Of a DNA stretch of 64,000 nucleotides, positions 8,725-19,365 are shown one piece after another (position 1 is the first letter of the stretch; the number at the start of each line of letters is the position of its first letter). The notes under the pieces were generated by a model, which was given only the letters and a program-made list of their open reading frames with translations, did not search any database and was not told the origin of the DNA. The stretch is from Aureliella sp. (GTDB lineage Bacteria; Planctomycetota; Planctomycetia; Pirellulales; Pirellulaceae), in contig OY829846.1 of the NCBI GenBank assembly GCA_963691875.1, forward strand, positions 1,728,001 to 1,792,000, read 5' to 3'. The translations under genes and the position numbers were made by a program.

Positions 8725-10227
8725 CTATTCTTGTCCGGCTAGCAATTCTGCGGCCAAGAAAAAGGATCCTGCGGCATAGACGATCGCCTCTTTCTTGGCC
8801 GCTAGTTGCCTCGCCAAACCCCACGCTTGCTTAGGCAGTTCAGATTTGCTGAGCACAGAGCCGATGGTATCCGAATCAACCAGCTGCAGTTTCTCCGAAG
8901 CCAACGCATACAGCTCATCGAGCGGCACGGCCCGTGGGTTTCCGTGAAACTGAGTTATTACAAGTTGTTGCGTGCGAGCCAAGAGGAGATCCAACATCTT
9001 GGCGTAATCTTTGTCACGACTGGGCGCGAAAACAGCTACGACAGGCTTGCCAGGGAAGTGACTCTCCAAAGCATCGAGGCCCGCTTCGATGGAAGCCGGG
9101 TTGTGAGCGGTGTCCAGAATGCTTGTCGGACGGTTCTCTGTCACTTGCATTCGGGCTGGGGGCTGAGTCTGAGCGACGGCATATTCGATGCTTTTCCAAG
9201 GAACTCGCATGCCCCTTGAATCCAGCTCTTGGAGAGCTAGGATGGCGGCTGAGAGATTATCGGCTTGATGTCGCCCTAGCAACCGTGTTCTCAAACGATA
9301 GGTCGGCGGGGGCGTCGCCGCCGAGTCTGCTCCGGAACTGGCCGCTATTACCCTATAGCTGAGCTCGGCTGTTGCACCATCGAAGGGCATTTCAGCAGAA
9401 GTATTCGTCTCAAGCGGTTGCCAGGCACATTGAAAATCTCGATCGAGCAAAAACAGTTCCGCCCCGACATGATTGGCCGCTTGCCGAATTGCTTCCCGAG
9501 CACTTGGATCACGGGCCGAGCACACCGTGGGCACTCCCGCCTTGATAATGCCAGCCTTCTCCGAGGCGATTTCTGCAATCGTCGATCCCAGTTGCTTTTC
9601 GTGATCGAGTCCGATTGCGGTAATGATGCACAACTCAGGTTCACAAATGTTCGTGCTATCGAGGCGGCCGCCCATGCCGACCTCCAGCACGGCACAGTCC
9701 GCCTTTTGCTCGGCGAAGTGCAGCATTGCCATGGCTGTTGTGATTTCGAAGAAAGTTGCTCCATCAGCGAACTTGTCCTCAGCTTCCAACTGTTCTGCCG
9801 CTTCAAGAACACGATTGGTCAGTTCCAGGAGCTGCTCGTCGGAGGCAGATTGGCCGCAAAATCGGAATCTTTCATGCAATCGGACCAGGTGCGGGGAAGT
9901 ATAGAGTCCCGTCTGGTAGCCCGCATGTTCCAGTGCTGCAGCCATGGCGTGAGCCACTGTCCCCTTACCCTTGCTGCCAGCAACATGGATCACAGGGTAC
10001 TGGAGATGCGGATTACCCAAGATTTCCGCTAGTCGCCGCATGCGATCCAGCCGGTAAAAGCTGCGATTGTAAGGAGTTTGTACACGGCGCTCGTAGTTGA
10101 TCACCCCAAACAGTCGATCCTGAGCTTCGTCAACTGACCTCGCTGGGGCGAAAGATTGCCTCGACTCCCTATTCGCTACATCCGTTGCAGACGGCAAATC
10201 CTTTCGCGTTCTATCCTCAATCGTCAT
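8725..10227 (-). CDS. folC: Bifunctional folylpolyglutamate/dihydrofolate synthase
   Basis: IHVAGSKGKGT P-loop, YTSPHL, TFFEITTA, EVGMGGRLDSTN, IGLDH, EKAGIIK, LDTAHNP, AGSFFL. Confidence 0.93.
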   Translation of the reverse strand: MTIEDRTRKDLPSATDVANRESRQSFAPARSVDEAQDRLFGVINYERRVQTPYNRSFYRLDRMRRLAEILGNPHLQYPVIHVAGSKGKGTVAHAMAAALEHAGYQTGLYTSPHLVRLHERFRFCGQSASDEQLLELTNRVLEAAEQLEAEDKFADGATFFEITTAMAMLHFAEQKADCAVLEVGMGGRLDSTNICEPELCIITAIGLDHEKQLGSTIAEIASEKAGIIKAGVPTVCSARDPSAREAIRQAANHVGAELFLLDRDFQCAWQPLETNTSAEMPFDGATAELSYRVIAASSGADSAATPPPTYRLRTRLLGRHQADNLSAAILALQELDSRGMRVPWKSIEYAVAQTQPPARMQVTENRPTSILDTAHNPASIEAGLDALESHFPGKPVVAVFAPSRDKDYAKMLDLLLARTQQLVITQFHGNPRAVPLDELYALASEKLQLVDSDTIGSVLSKSELPKQAWGLARQLAAKKEAIVYAAGSFFLAAELLAGQE

Positions 10228-10628
10228 CCGGCGCTCATGTAGTTCTAGGGTATGGCAACGATTTCGACTTGAGTATATCTATACTCCATTCAGACCTCCT
10301 AAGCCTTTGGCCAAGAAGGTTCCGCGTCATTTTCTGAGATTCGCTTGGTTCTGACAAGGAAGCTTAACAGTGATCAAGTCGCTCGCGAACCTGAGAGCTT
10401 GCTTGGCCGTAACGCAAAGGACTATGCGGCTCTTCCGTTTTGGTCTGGCTATCTAGTTTTAGCCTGATCGAACGGGGCTTCAGGTTGGACAAGGCACGCG
10501 ATCGCGTTGGATTTCGCTTGCTGAAGTCGATGTGAGCTACCCGCAACTAGCCTCGAAAAGCTCCAATAACATTCACGTCATTAATCCGTTCAACGATCTC
10601 TTTCGACCTTGAAGGAAACTCTCATCCG

Positions 10629-11555
10629 ATGAGTGCTACTCCTGCCGCCGAAGCTGCGACCAGCTCAGCTTCCGCACAATCCGATTCGAATCTCGTCATT
10701 GAAACTCGCAACCTCGGCAAGACCTACCGAGATTTTTGGGGCCGCAAGAAGGTCGCTGCCCTCAAATCGCTCGATGTTGAGGTCCAAAAGGGTGAGATCT
10801 TTGGGCTCCTAGGACCGAACGGCTCTGGAAAATCGACGACGATCAAGCTGATTCAAGGCTTGCTGTTTCCAACCTCTGGTCGCGCCTTTGTTTTCGGCAA
10901 AGAAGCCCGAGATGTGACGAAGAATGAGCGAATTGGCTATTTGCCTGAAGAGTCGTACCTCTACAAATTCCTCAATGCAGAAGAGACTCTCGACTTCTAC
11001 GGCCGCTTATTTGATATGCCAGCCGCAATTCGCAAAGAACGATCCAACGAGCTGATCAAGATGGTCGGCCTCAATCATGCTCGCCGACGTCAACTCCGCG
11101 AATATTCCAAAGGTATGACCCGCCGAATCGGTTTGGCTCAAGCCTTGATCAACGAGCCAGATCTGCTGATTTTGGACGAACCAACGACAGGGATGGACCC
11201 GATCGGAAGCCGCGAGATGAAGGACCTGATCATCCGCCTGCGTGACCAGGGTAAGACCATTCTTCTTTGCTCGCACCAGCTGGCCGACGTTCAAGACGTT
11301 TGTGACCGCGTCGCCATTCTGCACCAGGGCGAATTGCGAGAGCTTGGACGAGTCGACGAGCTACTAAAGGTTCGCGACGTAACGGAGGTCCACGCTAAGG
11401 GAATGTCGGACGAACTTAAGGGCAAGATTGCTGATTTGATTAAGTCTGAGGGTGGCGACCTTGTCAGCATCGACAATCCGACCACGACCATGGAAGAACT
11501 ATTCCTAGATATCGTTCAGGATGACCGGCCTGGCTCACGTCCAGCCGGACAATAA
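10629..11555 (+). CDS. ABC transporter ATP-binding protein (PilH-like)
   Basis: Walker [10 protein letters not shown], signature YSKGM, Walker B LILDEP, H-loop CSH. Confidence 0.92.
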   Translation: MSATPAAEAATSSASAQSDSNLVIETRNLGKTYRDFWGRKKVAALKSLDVEVQKGEIFGLLGPNGSGKSTTIKLIQGLLFPTSGRAFVFGKEARDVTKNERIGYLPEESYLYKFLNAEETLDFYGRLFDMPAAIRKERSNELIKMVGLNHARRRQLREYSKGMTRRIGLAQALINEPDLLILDEPTTGMDPIGSREMKDLIIRLRDQGKTILLCSHQLADVQDVCDRVAILHQGELRELGRVDELLKVRDVTEVHAKGMSDELKGKIADLIKSEGGDLVSIDNPTTTMEELFLDIVQDDRPGSRPAGQ

Positions 11556-11635
11556 TCGTTGTGAATTCTCAGCCAAGATTTTTCTGCTTGGCGAATCCTC
11601 CCTTTCCTTTTCCTCGAGAATAGACTTCGACAGCG

Positions 11636-13453
11636 ATGCGTATCGAAGAAGAACAAATGTGGAGCTACTTCGAGTGGCTCATTTATAAACTTGGCCTAGT
11701 TCACGGTGCTGGAATCGCAGTAGGGCTATCCATCCTGGGCTTCTTGCTCTGCTTTATCGTTAGCACCTTCAAGTACGGTCCTGGAGAAGGATTTTTCCGG
11801 GTTACACGAGTCATATATGAATTGTTGGCTCGTGATCTTCCTGGCACTTCCCTGCACCGAATCTTCGCACTAAGCCGCTTAGCTTTTCAAGAAGCGATTC
11901 GGCGAAAAGTCCTGGCACTCATGGCGGTGTTTATTGTTGTTCTATTGTTCGCGGGTTGGTTCCTCGACTCCAACTCGAGCAATATTGGTCAGCTATATAT
12001 CTCTTTCGTCATGACGGGCACCAGCTACTTGGTGCTGCTGTTGGGTTTATTCCTCAGTTGCTTTAGCTTGCCCGCAGATATCACCAGCAAAACAATTCAA
12101 ACCATCACCACCAAGCCCGTTCGCGCGACTGAAATTGTCCTGGGACGCATCTTTGGTTTTGGTGCGGTCGGCACCGTATTGCTTGTTGCGATGGGAATTC
12201 TTAGCTACTTCTTCGTGGTTCGCGGTGTGAACCACTCACACTCATTCCGAGACTGGGGACCAGGTAAGGAAGGTGTGGCTGGAGCGACCGAGGTTGATGC
12301 CTACCACTCGCACAAATTCACCATGGAAGAGGGCGCAGACGGCTCGATTCAATACGGCGTGACCAACGACGTCCAATCTCACAAGCACACGGTAACTGCG
12401 AGAGAAGTTGACGGCGAGACCAAGCTTGAGTTCGGTGCTCCCGAAGGACTGTTGCAGGCGCGAATGCCAATTTACGGCTCGATGGCGATCTATGACCGGG
12501 CCGGCAATTTGGCTCGTTCGGGCCTCAACGTGGGCTACGAATCGGAGTATCAGACCTACATTGAGGGTGCTTCGCTGATGTCGGCGGTATGGACCTTCGA
12601 TGTCGACAAGAGTGAATTTCCCGACGGGAAGCTCCCCATCGAGTTGAGCCTCAAAGCGTTCCGAACTTTTAAGGGCGACATTGTCACTGGTGTTCAAGGT
12701 GAGATCATCTTGCGGAATCCAGACGGCTCTGCGGAAAGCCGCAGAAATCCGTTTATCGTGAAGGAATTTGAGGTCGACCAGATCGTGTTCGACGGCAAGA
12801 TGCCCGGCTCGATTAACGGCGAGCCAAAAGAAGTCGACATTTTCGAAGACCTCATCAACGACGACGGTAAGCTAGAAATCATGATCCGATGCACGGACCC
12901 TGGACAGTACTTCGGGATGGCCGTTGGCGATGTTTATCTTCGTGCAGGCGAAAGGCAGTTTGGCTGGAACCTATTTAAAGGCTTCCTTGGCATCTGGATG
13001 CAAATGGTCTTGGTAATCTGCCTTGGCGTCATGTTCAGTACATTCTTGAGCGGCCCGGTGGCGATGATTGCGACTTTGACCAGTCTTGTACTCGGATTCT
13101 TCGGTACGATTGCTGCTGATGTCGCATTAGGAGAAACACCTGGCGGCGGTCCGATCGAGGCCATCATTCGCATGCCAATGCAAACAGGGGCCTTGGTTGA
13201 TCTCGATTTGGGGAATCCGGCCTTAGAAACGGCAATTGAGTTTGCCGACGCGGGTATCATGTACAGCTTGTTCACCGTCTTCCAGGCATTGCCTGCGTTC
13301 GGGAAGTTCAACACAGCCGAATTCGTAGCTTACGGATTTAACATCTTCCCAGATTTGGTCGGCAAACATTTAACGATGACTTTTTGTTATTTCATATTAA
13401 CTAGTTGCGTGGGTTACTTCTTCCTCAAGACTAGGGAGTTGGCGGCAGCATGA
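11636..13453 (+). CDS. ABC-2-type permease with large periplasmic insertion
   Basis: TM helices; FQEAIRRK and SLPADITSKTIQTITTKPVRATEIVLGRIFG motifs; C-terminal YFFLKTRE; follows the ATPase. Confidence 0.82.
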   Translation: MRIEEEQMWSYFEWLIYKLGLVHGAGIAVGLSILGFLLCFIVSTFKYGPGEGFFRVTRVIYELLARDLPGTSLHRIFALSRLAFQEAIRRKVLALMAVFIVVLLFAGWFLDSNSSNIGQLYISFVMTGTSYLVLLLGLFLSCFSLPADITSKTIQTITTKPVRATEIVLGRIFGFGAVGTVLLVAMGILSYFFVVRGVNHSHSFRDWGPGKEGVAGATEVDAYHSHKFTMEEGADGSIQYGVTNDVQSHKHTVTAREVDGETKLEFGAPEGLLQARMPIYGSMAIYDRAGNLARSGLNVGYESEYQTYIEGASLMSAVWTFDVDKSEFPDGKLPIELSLKAFRTFKGDIVTGVQGEIILRNPDGSAESRRNPFIVKEFEVDQIVFDGKMPGSINGEPKEVDIFEDLINDDGKLEIMIRCTDPGQYFGMAVGDVYLRAGERQFGWNLFKGFLGIWMQMVLVICLGVMFSTFLSGPVAMIATLTSLVLGFFGTIAADVALGETPGGGPIEAIIRMPMQTGALVDLDLGNPALETAIEFADAGIMYSLFTVFQALPAFGKFNTAEFVAYGFNIFPDLVGKHLTMTFCYFILTSCVGYFFLKTRELAAA

Positions 13454-15486
13454 ATTCTGTAGTACTTCAAAGACGACTGACCTACATCAGCGCGATGGTG
13501 GTCTTAATCGTACCTCTCTATTTCTTGGGTCGGCCCTCGGTGCGTAACATGGACGGCACGATCAAGAATGGCCGGACCGGTGGCGCTCTCGCCCAGATTC
13601 GCACCAAGAATAGTCTTGGACAAGGCGACCTTGGCGAACTCGAACCTGCCAGTGAATCGATGCGTTTAGCTACTCTTGGCTTACGTGGTGTTGCCGCGAC
13701 GATTCTGTGGCAGAAGGCGGAGTACTACAAAAAGGAGCAGTACTGGGACCGGCTGTCTGCAACACTGAATCAAATTGCCGCGCTCCAACCACACTTCATC
13801 GAGATCTGGAAGTTCCAGTCTCACAATATGTCTTACAACGTATCGACTCAGTTCGACAACTACGAACATCGTTACGATTGGGTCAAACGCGGGATGGATT
13901 ATCTTGTACGTGGTGCCAAGATCAACAAGACTCGCACTGAAATGCCCTTCGAGCTTGGATGGTTCTTCGGCAACAAGATGGGCGTTGCGGATGAGAAAGT
14001 TCAGTATCGGCAACTCTACCGTGACGACCGCGATTTCCACGAAGAAATTCTCGCAAAGACCGGCCTGGACGTTACGCAAAAGGACGGGCGTGGTCCTGAC
14101 CAAAAGCCTGACAACTGGTTAACCGGGAGACTTTGGTACGAACGCTGCTATGAAATGGTGGCGAGTGGAGCCAAGCAAGCCAAGAGCACTTTGATGTTCT
14201 ATCAGAAGGGCCCCCAATGGCGAATGAAGCATGCTGAAGCAATTCAAGCTGAAAGCTACGCCCATGTGCCTGCTGCCAGTGAGGAAGCTCGTGCGGAGTG
14301 GCGTTTTGAAGCTGCAAGTGCGGCGTGGCGATTTGCTCAACGCGAATGGGAGGAATTTGGTATGCTGCCAATTTTGACGACCTATGGCAGCACAATACAA
14401 ATGGGCCTCATGGGGAAGGCCAACGACGACTTCCAAAAGGCTCAGGATGACTTTGCCGAATTCTGTGGCGATATTTATGAAGAGCTCCAAGGTGAGCTAG
14501 TTGACAAGCTTGAGGATGTGGAGCGTGAAGCACTGGATCTGCCCTATGAAGAACGGAATTTTGAGCAGGTGCTGCTAGCTGAGAATGCCGCGTACAAGAT
14601 TTTGCTGGATCCTGATGCAGTTGCAAAGCGTCTGGAAGACGATGACGCACGCATGACGGCTATGACCAAAGCCAAGGAAATGGTCCGGTTGCGGGAACAG
14701 ATTCGACATATCGATGTGTACCGCAACCAAATCAACTACGCTTACTGGGCTGAGCGATGTCTGGCAGAGCAGGAAGAGGAAGCTCTACTCGCTCGAACCC
14801 AAATGTTCAATGCAGACCAGCACCTCGAGAATGCGGAGTTGACCGAAGCATTCAAGGCTTTCGAAGAAGCATTTACCAACTGGGACAAATTGTTCAACAA
14901 ACGTCCGGCAATGATGATCGACGACATTGCGGATGATGTGATCGCATCGGTGCAGCGATACAAGCAGATCTTGGATGAACCTGAACTGCCTGAGGATTTC
15001 CCGCTAAACGATTTCCTAGAGTTTAGAAGGGTCTATGAGGACCAGTTTGCTGACCCTGCCATGCTAGGTGTGATTTCGAGCTGGCCGAAAAAGTACCCCG
15101 GTCGAAACTTCTTGACTGAAATGCTTCGCAAGAGTGAAGAGTACGAGAAGCAGTTTAAGGACACGGGCACCAAAGATCCGGGTGAAATGGCTCCTGCGTT
15201 TGAGATGATCGATCTTGAAACTGGAAAGCCGCTCGAGAAGCCACAGGAACCAACAGCAGAGAGCGAAGAGCAGGAGGAACCTGCCGTGTCTGAAGAAACG
15301 CTCGAGTCACCGGCAGGAGAAAAGACGTCTGCAGCTGAGCCAGGTGAAGCGTCAGTCGCAGAAGAGAAGCCGGCTAAAGTCGAGGAATCGACTGAAGCAA
15401 AGTCAGAAGCTCCTCTCAGCGTGAGCAAGCCGACAGAGGGTTCGGCGCCAGGGCCAAAGAAAAAAATAGAAGCGCCCGGAATTTAA
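13450..15486 (+). CDS. Conserved helical/TPR-like membrane-anchored protein (planctomycete family often labelled 'IRE') with acidic disordered tail
   Basis: ATGA overlap with the permease stop; N-terminal TM; LGLRGVAATILW, LQPHFIEIW, SYNVS, ELGWFF motifs; Glu/Pro-rich C-terminus. Confidence 0.7.
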   Translation: MNSVVLQRRLTYISAMVVLIVPLYFLGRPSVRNMDGTIKNGRTGGALAQIRTKNSLGQGDLGELEPASESMRLATLGLRGVAATILWQKAEYYKKEQYWDRLSATLNQIAALQPHFIEIWKFQSHNMSYNVSTQFDNYEHRYDWVKRGMDYLVRGAKINKTRTEMPFELGWFFGNKMGVADEKVQYRQLYRDDRDFHEEILAKTGLDVTQKDGRGPDQKPDNWLTGRLWYERCYEMVASGAKQAKSTLMFYQKGPQWRMKHAEAIQAESYAHVPAASEEARAEWRFEAASAAWRFAQREWEEFGMLPILTTYGSTIQMGLMGKANDDFQKAQDDFAEFCGDIYEELQGELVDKLEDVEREALDLPYEERNFEQVLLAENAAYKILLDPDAVAKRLEDDDARMTAMTKAKEMVRLREQIRHIDVYRNQINYAYWAERCLAEQEEEALLARTQMFNADQHLENAELTEAFKAFEEAFTNWDKLFNKRPAMMIDDIADDVIASVQRYKQILDEPELPEDFPLNDFLEFRRVYEDQFADPAMLGVISSWPKKYPGRNFLTEMLRKSEEYEKQFKDTGTKDPGEMAPAFEMIDLETGKPLEKPQEPTAESEEQEEPAVSEETLESPAGEKTSAAEPGEASVAEEKPAKVEESTEAKSEAPLSVSKPTEGSAPGPKKKIEAPGI

Positions 15487-15527
15487 CGAGCCCATTATGA
15501 TCTGGCAAAAAAGGCGTTTCTCGGCTG

Positions 15528-15809
15528 TCAGGGAGCGTCTCTTTCTTTGCACCGACCTTTATCTACCAGAGTGACTGCGATACCAATCAGGCTGATAACC
15601 AGCCAACTGGACTCCACAAGCACGGCGGAAAGGTTGAAATCAAATGCCAGAGAGACAAGTAGCAACGCCGCACCGAGAGCATTCAACAGCGAATAAAGGA
15701 GTGACTGCGCTTCAATTCGGTTGAGCTGAAGCAGCAGGTAGGTTCCTAGGAGCAGAACGAATCCTAGGCCACCAATTAGGTTGTGCAGGTAAAACAAAGG
15801 ACTCTCCAA
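15528..15809 (-). CDS. Small membrane protein, CBU_0592-like
   Basis: Three TM helices, YLLLQ...LYSLLNALGAALLLVSL..DFNLSA...E..W pattern; start uncertain. Confidence 0.7.
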   Translation of the reverse strand: MESPLFYLHNLIGGLGFVLLLGTYLLLQLNRIEAQSLLYSLLNALGAALLLVSLAFDFNLSAVLVESSWLVISLIGIAVTLVDKGRCKERDAP

Positions 15810-16296
15810 AGGGTCATAGCTGAGGGAAGCATACTGCGGCCATCTGCCAATTCATTTCGACAGATAGTCTGGTCTGGATCCGCCGATCCGAAAAGCCAAT
15901 ATGTTGTACTGGAGAACCGAATTTGGCAGTGCCGGTTGCGAACTCCTTTCTAGACTTGGAATTGGGTAACCAGGAAAATTGTTCGTTGAGACGCGTCCTA
16001 TAATGGAATCGGTTTCTGCCTCCGCCTTGTCGGCATGCCGGTTCCAGCTGCCTTTGACCTGACTTTAGGTCATCTGCTATGCGAATAGATGGAGCCCGGC
16101 TCGCGCAGCAAGCTGGGCATCCCTTGCAAGCTGGACAATCGATCGAGTTTGAAAAAGCGCTGGGATTGGTTTACTCGGCGATTGGCAGAAGAGCTACTAC
16201 CAATCGAAAGTGTATTCACGGAAGCGAAGACTGCGTTCGAGCGAACTTGGACTGGCAGATTCAGACTCACGTTCTGCCTTAGACCTTTGGAAATTG

Positions 16297-17163
16297 ATGA
16301 TGGGCATTTACGACCGCGACTACTACCAGGAAGACACCTTTCGGCCGATCACGCCCTGGAATAGCCGCAGTATGGTTTCCATATTGATCATCGCCAATGT
16401 GATCCCCTTCATTGCCAATTTTCTTATCGGAGGTAGTTCCGATGCCTTGACCACCCTCATGGCGCTACAGTACGACACGCTGGCAAACCCAATAGAATGG
16501 TGGCGGTTCCTGTCTTATGGATTTGCGCATGGCGGCATCTGGCACATCGCGGGCAACATGCTCGGCCTTTACTTTTTAGGACGAAGTGTTGAGGACCGAC
16601 TGGGCAGATGGGAGTTCTTTCGTTTCTACATCATCGCCATTGTGCTTTGCGGTGTGATCTGGACCGGTATTCATCAACGCGGCTCTTTGATTGGTGCGTC
16701 GGGGGCGACGACAGCCGTGACCATGCTGTTTGTGTTCATGTTCCCAAATGTCGAACTGCGGCTATACGGTGCCATTCCCGTCCGAGCGTGGATGATTGGC
16801 GTGTTCATCATCTTGAACAACGTATTTAACACTGGTGAGTCCAGCAGAGTTGCCTTTGACGTGCACTTGGTCGGTGCAGCATTTGCGGCAGCTTACTTTT
16901 TCGGAGGATTCAATTTCAATGCTCTTGGATCCCTCTGGAATTCGCTCAGCAGAGTAGACACTGCGTCCAAGGCGCGGGCTCAGGGACTGAAGGTGCACAG
17001 GCCCGCCGAAGCCAGGGTTTCAGAGCGAAACGAGAAAACAGAGCTAGAATTGGATCGTATTTTGAAAAAGATCCACGACGAGGGCGAGGAGAAACTGTCT
17101 CGCAAAGAGCGTCGATTCATGGAAAACTACAGCCGCAAGATTCGCGAAGACCGCCCGAACTAA
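16297..17163 (+). CDS. Rhomboid intramembrane serine protease with C-terminal DUF6576-like tail
   Basis: Start MMGIYDRDY; WR motif, HIAGNM, GASG catalytic Ser, HLVG catalytic His; tail LDRILKKIHDEGEEKLSRKERRFM. Confidence 0.9.
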   Translation: MMGIYDRDYYQEDTFRPITPWNSRSMVSILIIANVIPFIANFLIGGSSDALTTLMALQYDTLANPIEWWRFLSYGFAHGGIWHIAGNMLGLYFLGRSVEDRLGRWEFFRFYIIAIVLCGVIWTGIHQRGSLIGASGATTAVTMLFVFMFPNVELRLYGAIPVRAWMIGVFIILNNVFNTGESSRVAFDVHLVGAAFAAAYFFGGFNFNALGSLWNSLSRVDTASKARAQGLKVHRPAEARVSERNEKTELELDRILKKIHDEGEEKLSRKERRFMENYSRKIREDRPN

Positions 17164-17449
17164 TTGGGCCTTCGAATTGCCTTATGATCCGCCCAAGCTC
17201 GGGTCAGCGAAGCCTTGTGATGGCCTTAGTGCGGTCTCTTCGGCGATTCTTAACGAGGTTGCTTCGGCAGCTTGAGGCCACTTTAGGTACCGTAACTTTG
17301 GCCGGTCCTACTTCGGCAGTACTCGCTCCCTTACGTGAGATTGGGTCGAACACTAAAATCGGTCGTCGACGTTCATTCGGCAGATTCTTTGCGGAAAGTA
17401 GGTCTGACAGGACAGGCATTCGATTATCAGAATTCATAGCGATCCCATC

Positions 17450-18712
17450 ATGCAAACATCACCATTCTCCACCGTTCGTTCTCAGATCGCAGGCCTGTCA
17501 ATTGAGAGCCTCATCGAGAAGTTTGGATCGCCTTGCTACTTCTACGACGCCGCTTCGATCGAACAGCGAATCGCAGACTTGAGTGTGTTTGATACCATCC
17601 GATACGCTCAGAAAGCACTGTCGAACATCGCCATCCTCGACCGTGTTCGCAAGCATGGCGCAGTCGTCGATGCTGTCAGTGCAGGCGAAATCGAAAGGGC
17701 CCTGCGCGTGGGATTTGCCCCACAATCGCGTCCAAACCAACTGGTGTACACCGCGGATGTCTTCGATCGTGAAGCATTGAGACTGGTTACGGAGCACAAA
17801 ATCCCAGTCAATGTCGGCTCTCCTGACATGATTGACCAACTTGGACAAGTTGCCCCGGGAAGCGATGTTACCATGCGAATCAATCCAGGGTTCGGCCACG
17901 GACACAGTCAGAAAACCAATACGGGTGGTCCTCAATCAAAGCACGGAATCTGGCACACTCAAATTGACGATTGTTTGCGCATTGCGGATCGACACGGAAT
18001 TACAGTTACGGGCCTCCACATGCACATCGGTAGTGGGACGGACTTTGAGCACCTCAGCCAAGTTGGAGGCGCGATGGAGAAAGCTTGCGAGCAGGTTGGA
18101 AGGACAGTAAAGGTCATCTCAGCTGGAGGCGGATTGCCGATCCCGTACACGGTGCAAGACAGTTACATCGATATCCACCAGTACTTCGAAGTTTGGGACT
18201 CCGTGCGAAATCGCGTTCAAGAGAAGTTTGGGCATGAAGTCGAGCTAGAGATTGAACCCGGCCGATATCTAGTAGCAGAGTGCGGTTATCTGGTGGCAGA
18301 GATCCAAGCCGTCAAAGCAATGGGAGAGAACACCTTCTACCTGCTGGATGCTGGCTTCAACGACCTCGCTCGTCCGATTCTATACGGGGCATATCACCCG
18401 ATTTCGATATGTCGTCGTGATGGTGCAACGGTCGAGAGTCACGATGTCGTAGTCGGTGGACCACTTTGCGAATCCGGTGACATCTTTACTCAATCCGAGG
18501 GTGGATTCGTTTCTTGCCGTTCTTTACCCAAGGCACAGGTTGGAGATTGGGTTGTCTTGGAACTTGCGGGCGCATACGCCTACGCGATGGCAAGCAATTA
18601 CAACAGCCGCTATCGCTGTCCTGAGGTCCTCATAGAAAACGGCGAAGCCAAGCTGATACGCATTCGTGAGACGGCTGAAGACCTCATGAGACACGAATCG
18701 ATTCCAGGTTAG
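17450..18712 (+). CDS. lysA: Diaminopimelate decarboxylase
   Basis: RYAQKA (PLP Lys), HMHIGSG, SAGGG, EIEPGRYLVAE, GPLCESGD, GAYAYAMASNYN. Confidence 0.95.
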   Translation: MQTSPFSTVRSQIAGLSIESLIEKFGSPCYFYDAASIEQRIADLSVFDTIRYAQKALSNIAILDRVRKHGAVVDAVSAGEIERALRVGFAPQSRPNQLVYTADVFDREALRLVTEHKIPVNVGSPDMIDQLGQVAPGSDVTMRINPGFGHGHSQKTNTGGPQSKHGIWHTQIDDCLRIADRHGITVTGLHMHIGSGTDFEHLSQVGGAMEKACEQVGRTVKVISAGGGLPIPYTVQDSYIDIHQYFEVWDSVRNRVQEKFGHEVELEIEPGRYLVAECGYLVAEIQAVKAMGENTFYLLDAGFNDLARPILYGAYHPISICRRDGATVESHDVVVGGPLCESGDIFTQSEGGFVSCRSLPKAQVGDWVVLELAGAYAYAMASNYNSRYRCPEVLIENGEAKLIRIRETAEDLMRHESIPG

Positions 18713-19365
18713 CGTCCTCCGCCTGACGACGTGCTGCAGCGTGAGGATCTGGCTACATACAGATTATCCATTTCAATCTGGTTTGGAAAAAGCAGTTCAT
18801 TCCTTCCCCTCGACAACTCTGAGGGAGCTTTGTGCATCCGCATTGCCTTGGCCGCGAATTCAAGGAATTCACAGCACTAACTGATGTGCCTGAAGCGCTC
18901 TTAAAAAGTTAGGGGCGCCCCTTCTTTGCAACAGACCTCCCCTCTCTTCGTAACTCTTCTTTTGCGAAAACACTCGCTTGAGAAAGGAAATCCTTCGCCT
19001 TGCGAGCCCTTTTGACGTCATTTCATGGATGGACACTCGGCTCGGTACCATGCAATGACTAAGGCTAGCGCCTCAGGCAATCCAAACACACTTACAAAAC
19101 CAACCTCACGGCGCCCCCTGCACAGCCGCAACCACCCCCCCCAAACATTGTACTCCGGGGCGTTAATTCGTCTTTACCAGCCGTTTTTTGTCGGTAAAAC
19201 GATCTCGAAAGGTTGAAATAACGACATAGCATTGGACAATAGATTCGGCTGTCGGTTGCTCTCAGCCTCAGCCGCTTATTCGGGCAAGGCTTTCCTTGGT
19301 TGGTAATTTATACGTTGCTCGATGTCGTTTTTGTCTCATTTCTATTTCTTCAGCGAGGTTATGCA

